A stretch of DNA of 62,926 nt, the filler included, from Globobulimina sp. (lineage: Eukaryota), in NCBI GenBank assembly GCA_003354225.1. It is 15 parts of 15 records of this genome, joined end to end, with 100 filler letters (N's around TTAATTAATTAA, not from the genome) between each part and the next. Parts side by side here need not be neighbours in the genome. Positions count along the whole stretch, not along the records: positions 29,427 to 33,527 come from PIVH01001609.1; positions 33,628 to 37,728 come from PIVH01001610.1; positions 37,829 to 41,928 come from PIVH01001611.1; positions 42,029 to 46,128 come from PIVH01001612.1; 11 more parts are not named here. One strand, 5' to 3'. The translations under genes were made by a program, and so were the position numbers. A model generated the notes under the pieces. That model had not been told where the DNA came from. It searched no databases and saw only the letters and a program-made list of their open reading frames with translations. Below are positions 30,796 through 43,147 of this stretch, piece after piece. Positions within the stretch are counted from its first letter, which is position 1; each line of letters starts with the position of its first letter.

Positions 30796-33527
30796 CTATC
30801 CCCTTCCTTTAATTTGCTCCTTCTTCTTCTTTTTCTTTGTGCCCTTCTTCAAATCATTAACTTTCTCATATCCAACCACATCATTTTTGGCTTTCGACGG
30901 AGACAAAGTTCCCTTCGCATTTCGCATCCGAATCTCCTCCAAAATATTCACCGGCTCATCACTTTTCTTCTCACTCTTTGGCTTCAATCCCCTTTTCGCC
31001 AACCTTTGCTTTTTCAATCTTTCCCGTTCTTCTTTTTTGCGTTTCTTTTCCTTTTTTTTCGCCAAATCATCGTTCTGCTTTTTCGCTTTATTAATCTGCT
31101 CAAAAACGCCTATAAATAAATGGAACAATTCCTCCCATTCCAAGTCATCGTGCTCACCAAAGAAAACTGCAACATTCCCGCTGAATATTTTCAAATTTTC
31201 AAAGTCTTTCTCCAATGCTTCGGTTTTGTTAACGGCCATGATATGAAATCCAGTCATCATTGATTCAAATTTATCCTCCGGTGCTTTGTTCGGATCCTCT
31301 GCCGACTTCAACGACTTTCGTGCTATCCGTATTGCATTGCTATCAACGCCTAACTCGCTCAAAATATCGTCGCTTTCTTTTTGTTCCCGCAGCTTTTGAA
31401 TGGTCTTCGCAGTTTTAATCGATACGGAACTCTCTAATGTCGCCAAAGAATCGTGTTTATGACGAACGCGTTTCAGCCGTCTGATCTTTACTTTTTTCAA
31501 TTTCTTTCTTTTGCGTTTTAAGCCGGTGTCTGTTTTGTGATGACCTGCCACCTTTTTCTTCTTCTTTTTCTTTTTTGCGCTTTCTATCAAATTCTCTGCG
31601 TCGCTGAAATCAGCGTCAGATTCGTAGATCTGTTGAATTTATATTTTAATTCGATTGTTTTTGCATAACATTCGAAAAACACACCGTTTCTCCGCGAGTA
31701 AACAAATCCGAATTAAACCCATCCGAATCCTCGTCCTCCTCCGCCTTTTTCTCATCAATTTCGCGGTCTTTCCGCCGCCTCACTTTCCTCCGTCCTTTGT
31801 AACTCGGGTCAATAATCACGAACTTCTTTGCTTTTTGCTTCCTATATTTACTGTACTTCTCCTCCTTTTTTTCTTCCTCAACGCCTCTCATCAACTCATC
31901 CACGAACGATATCCGTTTCTCTTTTTTGCTCTTTTTCTTCCCACTCCCTTCATATTCCTTTTCCTCCGCAACCGCAGCAACCGCACCCACCGGGATCCCC
32001 AGCCCTTTCTTGTGCCGCTTCCCGCTCTTCAACTTTGTCACGTTATGCTTCAACTTGTTAAACACAACGAGAACCTGTCCCGCTGACTTATGGAACTGCG
32101 CTTTGATTTGCTGCAAGTTGCGGGAAGCTCTGGCAATGCGTTTGCCAATGCGCTCCAACGCATCTTTCATGTCGCCAATGCCGTCGCGGATGGTCTTGGC
32201 CTCGATCTTCTTGGCAGCATTGACAACATCCAACAGCGCATTGGGGAAAGTGTCAAATTCGCCGTTGGGATTATGGTTTTTGTACATAAACTCCAGTATA
32301 AACATCAGCATTGTCTTGGAGTTGTCGGCAGTTTTCAAGCTGGCGAATCGGTCGATACTTTCCAGTTTGATGCCTTTGGCGCCGCCCCGGTTCGTGCCCT
32401 CGTTCATGAAATTGCCGATAATCAGACATATTTTGAGAAAGGACGCGATCTGCGTCGCTGATTTGAGTGTGTCCAAAGTGGCGCGGATCGTATTGATACG
32501 CGACTCCACTTCGAACACATTCGCCTTGAACTTGATCTTAAATTGCCACAAATCAATACGCATTTTGATGTCCACCAAACAGGTCACGACATCCGTGAAC
32601 TTTTCGGCGCGCCCTAACTTTTTGCGATCGCCTTTGAAATTGCGCAGCTCGGCCAGCTCTTCATTGGACGGCACGAATTTACTCAAATTGTCCAACATCT
32701 CGAGGGTCAGTTTGGTGTCGTCCAATTTCAACAAATAATTGCGGATTTTAACGTCGTTTATGTTCATTTTCTCGAACTGCCGCAGGCCTACAATCATATT
32801 GAAAGCGCGCTTGGGGTCAATTAAAGTGATTTCTTTGTTGGGGTCTTTTTTCTTGGCGCCTGCTTTTTTTTTCTTGGCCCGGATGTTGGAGAATGCGGCC
32901 TCGAGTCGTTTGGTGAGTTCCGCTGTGATCAACGTTTCTGTGGTGATGGTTTTTAGTTCGATGTGGGTGTCAATATTGGCCCAAATGGTATGCGTCCAAT
33001 CGCATTCACTCTTTTTCCTCCAATGCAATGCTTTCACCTTTGTCGAGTTATAGAATATGATGAAAACACATAACTATGTACAGCACAGAGGAGATGCGCA
33101 CAAACCTTCCTTTTTGCTTTCTTTTTCTTGCCGCCTTTCTTCTTAATTTTAGGCTGTGGCTCGCCGTAAAAATCACGAATCCAATATTCATGAATGCCGT
33201 CCATTTTCATTTTATTTTTTACCGAAACTGCCGGCATTCCAACTTTTTTCATCCTGTACGATATATTTATAATATATATATATACAAACAAACTAAAAAA
33301 GTAAAATCACAATGACAATACCTTGCATATTTAGCACAATCTGGCTTTGGAGACGGTTCCTTCATAACCTCCTCTTCCTCGTCACCACCGATCATTGGCT
33401 GTGCTTCGCCGAAAAAATCCCGCACCCAAAATGCGTGAATACCGTCTTTTTTCATTTTGTTTTTGATGGAGGGTGCCGGCAAACCCACTTTCTTCATTTT
33501 CACATATTTGCCCATATCTGGTTTAGG
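30796..33527 (-). CDS. Formin (FH2 domain), multi-exon, 5' truncated
   Basis: MKALHW, TIW, LIDPKRAFN, L.IGNFMN.GT.RG.AKG.KL, LKT.DN..TML, FGE...F..F..F; upstream KMKKVG.P...KNKM..DGI repeats. Confidence 0.88.
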
Positions 33528-33627
33528 NNNNNNNNNNNNNNNNNNNNNNNNNNNNNNNNNNNNNNNNNNNNTTAATTAATTAANNNNNNNNNNNNNNNNN
33601 NNNNNNNNNNNNNNNNNNNNNNNNNNN

Positions 33628-34779
33628 AATGCATTAAATTCTGCTTTAGTTCGAATTAAAATAAAAAAAGAAATTTCAAATAATGATGATTTGATTGATA
33701 ACAAAGCAGAAAATAATTACATTTATGCCAGAATCAATACAATTTTAACAGATTCGGATGAGATCATTTCGCAGCTTATAAAAAAGCATCACTTTAATTT
33801 GTATAAAAACGAAAATGAATACAAACTGAAACAAAAACAGAACGAGAAAGAGAAAGAGAAAGCATTTTGGAGTGATACTCATATTCCAAATTTATTGGTA
33901 TTTACATGGCATTGTTGCATTGCCCCATTATCATTTTGCATCGATGGACATCTCATAATACAAAATAAATCGTCGTGCATTCCAGCATTTATTTTGAATC
34001 CCGACACAAACTCATTTATATTGGATTGTTGTGCGGCGCCTGGAAATAAAACATCTCATTTAATTAATATTATTTTGGAACAAAACAGAAATAAGTTTCA
34101 AAGCCATAAAACCTATGTTGTTGCCTTAGATTATGACATGAAAAGATGTGATGTTTTAAAAAAAAGGATAAAATTATTTGGAATGGAAGAAAATGTAAAT
34201 GTTTTACACAAAGATTTTTTATCCATTGATGCGGCCTCTTTATTTGCACTCAAATTTAATACAATTTTATTGGACCCAACATGTTCTGGCTCCGGTTTGG
34301 TTCATCACAGATTTGCCCATTATGATAACAACAAAAAATTAAAAATACCCAAATTGAGTGAAATGCAAAAAAAAATGCTTTTACATGCAATGCAATTTAA
34401 AAATGTAAAAAAAATCATTTATTCGACCTGTTCTATCAATGAGGAGGAGAATGAACAAGTTATTGAATTCGCATTGAATAATTCTGAGAATAAGTTCAAA
34501 ATAATTGAAATATTCAACGCATGGAAGGAGAGAGGAATTGGTAATGATAAGTATGAATTTAGTGAGAATGTGGTGAGAGTTAATAATGAGAATCAACACA
34601 ATTTGCATGGATTTTTTGTTGCGTGTTTTGAAAGAATAAAAGGAAACAATTCGAATGAGAATAATATAAGAATGCCAGCTGCAAAACGGAGAAAGCTAAA
34701 CAGTGACAAAAAAAAATGGAAAGTAAATCTAAAAGGTTTTAACTCTAAATCTCATGCTCGAAAAAAATGGAATCGTTAA
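33628..34779 (+). CDS. NSUN5: 25S/28S rRNA m5C methyltransferase NSUN5/Rcm1, 5' partial
   Basis: YARINT, QNKSSCIPA, DCCAAPGNKT, LLDPTCSGSG, YSTCS..EENE, GFFVACF. Confidence 0.85.
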   Translation, partial: NALNSALVRIKIKKEISNNDDLIDNKAENNYIYARINTILTDSDEIISQLIKKHHFNLYKNENEYKLKQKQNEKEKEKAFWSDTHIPNLLVFTWHCCIAPLSFCIDGHLIIQNKSSCIPAFILNPDTNSFILDCCAAPGNKTSHLINIILEQNRNKFQSHKTYVVALDYDMKRCDVLKKRIKLFGMEENVNVLHKDFLSIDAASLFALKFNTILLDPTCSGSGLVHHRFAHYDNNKKLKIPKLSEMQKKMLLHAMQFKNVKKIIYSTCSINEEENEQVIEFALNNSENKFKIIEIFNAWKERGIGNDKYEFSENVVRVNNENQHNLHGFFVACFERIKGNNSNENNIRMPAAKRRKLNSDKKKWKVNLKGFNSKSHARKKWNR

Positions 34780-34918
34780 AAATCGAATCTCATGCAATAT
34801 AAGAACGATTGACGACAATTAAAGGAACTTGTTTTTAAATATGTGGCGGACGCTAGCTGCGATGTGGTAAATAAATACGGTTTTTTAATTAATTAACAGT
34901 ACTCGGCTAAGTGTAACA

Positions 34919-37430
34919 ATGGACGATAGTTTCCCCATTATTTTAATCCATAAAGACGACATAAAAAAAGGAAGCCTCAAAGAGCTCACCTTATTAGAAC
35001 TCACCAAAGAAGCCACCCGCTTATTTCGCGAAGACTGCAAACGTTGTGATGTAAAATATTGGGCCGCATCTGACGCAGATGTTCAACTCGAAGATGATGA
35101 AGATATCGAAGCAGAATATGCAGCAATGAATGTCGACTCAGACGATGAGAACGATGGACATGACTCAGATGACTCTGATAACTCAGTTAACGAACCACGA
35201 ACCAAAGTAGCCTTCCGAATTCGCTTAACCTTTTCGGTTAAAAAAATCGTAATTCGTACACCAAAGCCAGTGGCAGTTCGAGTGACGAATATCCGCGCTT
35301 CCACAGTGGTATTTGAATGGAGATTAGGTACACACAAATTGGACCGCACACAAGTCTCCTCGTTGTCCTTTGAAATCACGCAAATATCCCCACACATGTC
35401 GCCATCGCATACATTGCCAGTCACCAAATGTAATCCGACCGTCAGCTCCAATGAAAGATATCAAATAAAACTATCCGGGCTACATCCAGCCACAAAGTAC
35501 AAATTCCATATTCGCTCCGTACTACAGCACGAAAACAACAATATCCATTCAGATACTTGCGACGTATTTGCATTTGAAACCTGTGCCATCGATAAGGCGC
35601 AAAACCTCGAAAATAATATTCCGGGCACAATCCCAGGCCCCACAGACTTGCAAGTGATCGCATTGTACCCCGACAGTGTGATATTGGCCTGGAACCACAG
35701 CAATGCGTCGCAATTAAACCAGTACGATTATGAGTATTATATCGAAGAACAGGATGTGTTTTCGGGGGAAACGTGCGCTGCGACGGAGGACAATAATTTC
35801 ATTAAAATTGTGCAGTTATCGCCCAGTACGCAGTATACATTTGTGTGTAAGTCCAAATACTATGATCCAGAACGTGTATTAAGCGACATTCATTACAGAA
35901 ATGATAAGATAATATCTGCGCCGACCAACAGTGTCACGATCACTACGCCGGAATATAAGACGAATGTAAGTGATTATAAGACGCGCAAAATTGATAAGGC
36001 TCGGTGGGTCAAACGAGGCAACGATTTGGAGCTATTTTGGAGTGCGCCCGAGTCGTTTTACGGGAAGATTGAGTATGAAATCGTCGATAGTATACAGAAG
36101 AAAATCATTGGTACGGCGAGGAAGTTACCGGTGACCATCTGTACTGGCGATAATAAGTCGATATTTGGCACGAAATCTGGTAAATATGTGATTACGGTCA
36201 CGCCCATATTGGTTGATGAGAGGGATGGCGATGAAAAATCGCAACAGGCGCAAAGGGTACAGTGTAAATCGCACGATATTCAAATAAGTTATGTTGTGTG
36301 ATGAATATATATTATTTATAAATGTATATTGTGTGAATATGTAGGTATTGATGACGAGAAAGAGGATTATTCATCAGAATCGATGTTGGAACTAAGTATC
36401 CGTTATGAAAGCAAAAGTATGCAACGTAGCATTAAAATTGATACTAGAAACTGTGACTTTGCGAGCTTTAGAAAGAAGGTACTGTTTCAATTCAAATTAG
36501 CCACTCAAAAATTGAAGATATCGGTGAGAATCCCAATGAATAATAGTTTACAAAGCATGGACATCAACAATGACAATGCATGGCAGAGTTTCATCAATAA
36601 CCATTCTGAGAAGTTTTTGAGGCAACACAAACAAGCGTATTGTTTCATTGGTTTGTTAATTGTTAATTTATTGTGTACTTATCCTTGCACTCATATTATA
36701 TATTTTGTATATGTTTATCTGCACAGAAACAATGATGGATGCACCCACTGGTTTGTCTGTGCTCGTCAATGAGAGACTGAATCAGTTTGAGATAGATTTT
36801 AAGAGCGAAAAAGCGCGGAAATATTGGTGTGAGATTGAATGCAAAAAAGCTCCGGACAGCACAGAATATGTTGATTTAGGCGCACGATATAATCAAATGA
36901 GTAGCAGTGTAAAACCATTAATTTATCCGGTTGGGGCGCAATATAAATATTATTATTTTCGATTTAAAATAAAATGTAGAAATGAACATATTGATTCGGG
37001 ATATTCTCAATGGACGAAATGGAGCACAATTAATCAGAATAAGACCGTGAAAAAACAGATGCATTCTCCATTGCAATCTCCGTTGCAGTCAAATAATTAT
37101 AATAGGAATAATAATAATAATAATTATAATTCTGGTCCATTGGGAGGACCATTGGGCTCGCCCGGACCATTGGGGTCGCCTGGAAATAGTACAAATTCAG
37201 CATTTGGATTCCCATCATCGATGTCACAACAACAGAATAATAATAATAATATTCTTGCGCCATTAAATGATAATGCTGTAAATAATAATAATAATATTAA
37301 TAATAGTATAGGTTCATTTGGATCGCAACAAAATAACACTGATACTCAGCCATTAAATAACAATAGCAGTTCATTGGAAGATTTAAATTATTCCGCTGCA
37401 AATAATAATCAATTCTGGCAAACTTTTTGA
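34919..37430 (+). CDS. Fibronectin type III repeat protein with Asn-rich tail, multi-exon
   Basis: P.P..V.V......W...LHPATKYKF.I and PTDLQV....LAW...LSPSTQY.F; GT-AG gaps near 36285-36343 and 36637-36726. Confidence 0.75.
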
Positions 37431-38334
37431 ACGAATGACAAATGTGTGTAATGTTTTGGTTATAATTCTTAGAACAACTGTTTACGTCTTGCAAATGTAA
37501 CGAAATCACTATTCAGCCCCGGGTTATCTTTTGGAATATATCGTTTAGTGTTGTTGACTCATTGTCCGAAACGATAAAAAACAGCAATATTAAGTACACA
37601 ACTACCTTCTTCAAAACTTTAAGAAATCAATTTCCCCTCCACCCACTAAACTAACCATCCCCTCGTCAATTTCAGCGAGTACAAAACGATACGTATCACC
37701 TGTGGATGTGCCTCTCAATTGCTGGTGANNNNNNNNNNNNNNNNNNNNNNNNNNNNNNNNNNNNNNNNNNNNTTAATTAATTAANNNNNNNNNNNNNNNN
37801 NNNNNNNNNNNNNNNNNNNNNNNNNNNNGTAATGTGTTCAATTGAGCGTAGAGCAACAAGCACATGTCACAATGCTTTAGCAATATGGGAAGATGGACAA
37901 AAACAACCAACATTGCATCAAAACGGAAATCCGCAACATTGGACTTTTCGTTATTATGAAGGCACTGAGAAACATTTGATTCAATTATCTGAGAAACGCT
38001 TTACAAATCCAGAAACGGTTTGCTATAGGTTTGTCTTGCTGTGTTTGTTATAACTTTGTCTTGGGTTTGCAAATCCAGAACAAAGTCAGAATGGTTATCT
38101 TTTGAGATATATCGTTTAGGTTGTTCCTAACACCTTTTTGTATTCATCACTGCAAAAAATTATATTTGAGATTTCATATACAAAATAAAATGTTATTATG
38201 GGTAACATGTTGTTATAAAATCTGAAAATGTAATAAGTTGTTTGAGCTATCAGCTATGTTACATTTAATTATAAAGTTTATAATATGTATTGTTTATATA
38301 ACAAAATGGAAATTAAAAAAAAACATAAAATCAA

Positions 38335-40071
38335 TTAATTATTCATATTTTGTAATGAAGGCGGCAAGTAACTATTATCATATCGGATTTCTTTTAAAAT
38401 TGTATTCGGATCAGTAGTCTTCGCACATTTATGTTTATTAAAATGTGTTTTTCGCGTAAACCCCTTCCCACAAAGCGTGCAACCATACGGTTTAACATCC
38501 AAATGCGTGTCTTTATGCCTCGTCAATAAACTGCCGGTTTTAAACCTTTTACTGCAGCCTGGATGTGTACAGCCGTACGGTCTCTCTCCCTGCAAAATTA
38601 ACAAATAAACAAATAAAATACAGCAAAACAAACATAGTCAACATACCGTATGATCCATAACATGCAATCTTAATTGTTGCGGTGTTGCAAACCTTTTATC
38701 ACATCCATCATAATCACATTTTTCTGGTTTCTCGCCGGTATGGACTCTTCGATGTGATTTTAGATGATCTTTTCTTTTAAATTTTTTATCACAGCCATCA
38801 TAATCACATTTAAAGGGTTTTTCGCCGGAATGAATCTTTTCATGTTGCACCAAACTTGATCTTTGCGTAAATGTCTTGTGACATTCCATGCATTCAAAGG
38901 GTCGCTGTCCAGTATGGATTCGAACGTGTGTCTTTAAATTCGATTTCTGTTTAAATGACTTCTTACACACTGTACATTGAAAAGGCCGTTCGTCCTAAAA
39001 ACAAAGCAAATATGTACCGTATGGCAAAAAAAACAAAAACAAATTACATACAGTATGAGTACGGATATGTTTCCTTAAATGGGCTTGATTCGATGTTTTA
39101 TAATTACAGCCATTATAATCACATTCATGTTGGATACCTCGATCTGTTTTAACTCTTTTACCTTTTTTCCTATTCTCTAAACAAACAGATTGTGCTTTTA
39201 GTGATGTGTCATCCTCGAATTTTACTTTAATCACAGGCAACGATGAAAAATTTAAGCCATTTGTATTTATAATTGGTGGTAAATGAATACTTTGTTCTGC
39301 ATCATCATCAATATTATAATCGCTGTCCTGTGGATCATCAGAACACAAATCATCGTCTTCATCCATGTCCAAATTTAAGTTATTATTATTATTATTTAGA
39401 TTTTGTCCTCTCATTTCAGCTAAAATCTGAATGACCGCCGCTTCATCGTCTGGTTCGGCTTTGGGTGTTGTTTGCGATGAATTGTTTACATTTGGCATTC
39501 GGTGATTTGTATTCTGTATTTCGGAAATATTGCGATTAAACACGTTAATGTTAAAATTATTATTATTTACACCATTTATGCATGAATTATTTGGATGTAA
39601 TGCGAGAATATTAATATTATTAATTGGACTTTGATTGTTAACATTGTTAACTGTTTGGCTTTGAATGATTGATGGTGGCAATAATGTATTTGCTACATTT
39701 GATGATGAATTATTGTTATTATTGCTATTTATCCCAACTGCAACATTAATATTCATTGGATTTGGAAGTAATGGGAAAGTATTCAAAGTAATTGGCTTTA
39801 ATACAGCTTGATTATCTTTATTTGAATTATTTGAAATGGATTGTGGCTCAATGCTTGGTATTGGCTGTCTTGTTTGTATTAGGTTCCGTAAATAATTCTT
39901 AATGAATTCATAATTTGTTGTGCATTCTGCTACTTGTAATTCATAATTATTTCTTAATGCAGTTAATCGAATATTATGTTCTATTTCTAATTCATCGCTG
40001 TATTGATTTAACGCTTCGCTTGAGATACTTGAAAATTTTGACACATCCATTATTTCCAATAAATTATTCAT
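38335..40071 (-). CDS. C2H2 zinc-finger transcription factor, three exons
   Basis: Tandem C-x2/4-C...H-x3-H fingers with HTGEKP linkers; Asn-rich N-terminus. Confidence 0.9.
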
Positions 40072-40563
40072 TCCTAATTTTACCTGACTTGAGTTGAGTG
40101 CATTGGAAATTTCCGGAAAAACAAAAAGTTGATTTTCTGTTTAAGTTTTTTACTCACTAAACTCAGTCCTTTTTCGAATTCTGTGCTTTTACTGTGATTT
40201 CCCTCAACCATGCATCATACGCATTTTCTGACATGATTCCCTGAAGGGAGCGTGCTATCAGCGAATAATAAAATATTTTCAACCATATCAATTAAAAAAT
40301 AAAAAGAAATGTTTAAATTGTTAGCAACACTCATTATAGTATTAATTTTCATTTATTCCATACGACAGATTTAATACTATAAAAATTGTGTGACAACAAC
40401 AAAGGTATTTAGAAACAGTAATCGGAGTTTAGGATTTAAGAGAAGAATATAACAGAGTCTTGTTACTGAGAAAGTGTAATTTAGTGTATGTATAAAAATA
40501 AACCAAACGTTCGCTTTAAAATTTCGACAATACCAGTATACTGTATACCACATGTAATGGATG

Positions 40564-41391
40564 CTAAAGAAGAAGATCTTCAGCACGATAAGAGCACACA
40601 AGGTTGTTTTGTGGTGGCACATCACCTAAAAACTGAGACTTTCCTCTGATCTGTCTATCACTCGTATTTTCACAATGAACGTGCATAACTTGTTGGTAAC
40701 AATCCATTGGTGACGCAAAATTAATATCCATTACAAAGTCACCAATCACCAACTCAGTTTTACCAGATTTCCGAATTCGAATTTTACCAATTTTCCCTTC
40801 GCCCATTTGTCTCAATAAACTTTGTTCCACATTTTTATTATTTGCTAAATCGTGCTTTTCATCTTCATTTAAATGAGAAACCAATGGTAAGACTGGCGGC
40901 ATTTGCATGAATATAAACTCCTTTCCATTGATTCCATATTCTTTCTCTTCGAACACATTCAACATATCCGTCTGTAAAAAAATTCCATTCTCACCAAACT
41001 TTGGTTTTGTTTTCAATGTAATTGGCGTATATTGAATATCATCATTCTCATCATTCCACGGATCATAATCAGTATTTTCATTCTTCTTTTCCTCATTATC
41101 AATGTCCATAAGTTCATCGCCTGAGTTCTCTTCGAATATTTTTGGTGAAAATACCTTTTTTTGAACTTGGGCGCTTCGTTCAGCCGTTTCCAAATTTGTA
41201 TAGATTTTTCGCATTTGACTGCTTCCGCCGCCGCTCGAAACCACTGTTCTTGTGCCCCGAGGTCGGCGTTTTTTAGCTGTAAACTTGCTGTTATTATCCC
41301 CTTGTCTTCGATTCGAGTTTCTGCCGCCACCATAACCACCACCACCACCGAATGGATTGCTTGATATTATTTCAACAGTAGGCGCTTCCAT
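40564..41391 (-). CDS. POLR3D: RNA polymerase III subunit RPC4/C53
   Basis: F.FMQMP..LP and EGKIGKIRIRKSGKTELVIGD.V.DI motifs. Confidence 0.8.
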   Translation of the reverse strand: MEAPTVEIISSNPFGGGGGYGGGRNSNRRQGDNNSKFTAKKRRPRGTRTVVSSGGGSSQMRKIYTNLETAERSAQVQKKVFSPKIFEENSGDELMDIDNEEKKNENTDYDPWNDENDDIQYTPITLKTKPKFGENGIFLQTDMLNVFEEKEYGINGKEFIFMQMPPVLPLVSHLNEDEKHDLANNKNVEQSLLRQMGEGKIGKIRIRKSGKTELVIGDFVMDINFASPMDCYQQVMHVHCENTSDRQIRGKSQFLGDVPPQNNLVCSYRAEDLLL

Positions 41392-41788
41392 ATCCGCTTC
41401 AAAATTCTATTTTTCAATCAATAATCAATTGAATTTAATGCTATTCAGTGCAAGGAGTGTATTATCAGATTACTGCTTAACTGTTGCACGTCGGCGTTGT
41501 GATTTTTTTTCGCGTTTTGGAAGTAGTACAGATTCACGGAAATGAGGATCGCGTTCTGGTTCATTACTATAGTATTTTTTTTGTTAATTGTGTGGGATCG
41601 GATTATTTTGACGAAATTTATATGTTAACTTTGATGTATTGCGCCGTTTTTTCCTTTTCTTTTTCTTACCACCAGCTTTTGGCACAAATTTGCCTTTTTT
41701 TGGTTTACTTTTCAATGACATGATACAAATGCAAACTGTTTGACGTTTTTTGTGTTTTTTTTTGTTTACAGCACATTAATCAAAAATC

Positions 41789-41928
41789 ATGTCAAAGCCA
41801 AAAAAACGTGTATTGGACGATTATTTTCAATGTCCACCCAATAAGAAACGAAAGTTAGTGGAAGAGAATAAAGGTAATGATGATGATACAAAGCAAAGTG
41901 AAAATTGTATGGATATTACTAAATTAAA
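41789..41928 (+). CDS. N-terminal fragment of a hypothetical nuclear protein
   Basis: ATG start with NLS-like PPNKKRKL, open to contig end. Confidence 0.35.
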
Positions 41929-42028
41929 NNNNNNNNNNNNNNNNNNNNNNNNNNNNNNNNNNNNNNNNNNNNTTAATTAATTAANNNNNNNNNNNNNNNN
42001 NNNNNNNNNNNNNNNNNNNNNNNNNNNN

Positions 42029-43085
42029 CGGTTTATTCATAAATACCATCCTTTATTAGAAGGATTGTTTAATAATATTTTACGAAAGCACTGGAATAAG
42101 CATATCGCCGGCGATGCTGTTCTAACAACACTGTTCCCATTGCATTTCTTCTCCGAAACTTGGCAGCGAGCGGGCCCCAATCTTAAAGAGCGCCTGACAC
42201 CGAATAGATTCTACGACTCCAATCACCAATTAGCGATCGCACGAGATTTGATTGACCATTGCTTCAAACTCTCGTTGATAGGACTACTCCAACCGCATCA
42301 AACTCTCGTTGATTGACCATTGCTCATTGAATTGTAAACAGTTTATTATGGATATGCGCATCAATGAAGATAAATTTGTTACAATCGATGGTAAATTATG
42401 CAAAAAAGACTTATTAACAGCATGGAAAGGATTTGTTCCTTGCTCAGAATTGAAGAAACTTGGAATTGTGTGCAATGTAACTAAGAAATGTCTATGTAAT
42501 TCAACTTCATTATATTCCCAAACGAAAACGTGGAACTGCAGGAATACGAATGAATTGTTCAAAGTCAGCCAAAAGTTGTCATGTTTCTCCCGCAATGTAA
42601 TATATGTAATATATTGTGATCGATGCAGTGATTTTTATGTTGGTAAAAGTGGAGCTGGCGTCAATGGAACTCGTTGCTTACGTGACAGAAACAATGAACA
42701 TTCTAAGAATTTATTGAATGTATACAAAGATCTGCAGTCCCGGTCCTTTTATGACAGCAACGGTCTCATCCAACAACACAATTCATTAGTACTTAGGGAG
42801 ATTATTGCGACCATAATGAAGCAAAGCTATACCCGCGAAATTCTACACTTTACAGGATTGGATGGTTCCCGTTGTCATGAATTTAATGATGGCGATCCGT
42901 TAAAGTTCTATCGTATATTCGCACTGCGGCAATTTAATGAAATCACAAGATCTCAATGCGAGGCCAAGCTATGTGAATTTGAAAAATACTATCAAGGACA
43001 AATGGGTTCAATCATCAAAGGATTAAATGGGATGACTGATTATAAGAAGATTGATACATTTACATCGGACTTTGTTGAATTATGA
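42029..43085 (+). pseudogene. PLE RT C-terminus + GIY-YIG endonuclease, frameshifted by a 61-bp insertion
   Basis: FIHKYHP...ILRKHW...LFP....R..PNLKERL (thumb); CNVTKKCLC; LSC.SRNVIYVIYCDRC..FYVGKS...LRDRNNEH...HF...EKYYQ....KGLN. Confidence 0.8.
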
Positions 43086-43147
43086 TACATTTACATCGGA
43101 CATAGATTGATACATTTACATCGGAATTATAAGAAGTAAATCAAAGT

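Noticed and set aside
31926-32738. Long antisense ORFs over the formin, PX (58864-59661) and kinase genes
   Set aside because: Shadow ORFs caused by codon bias of the real gene on the opposite strand
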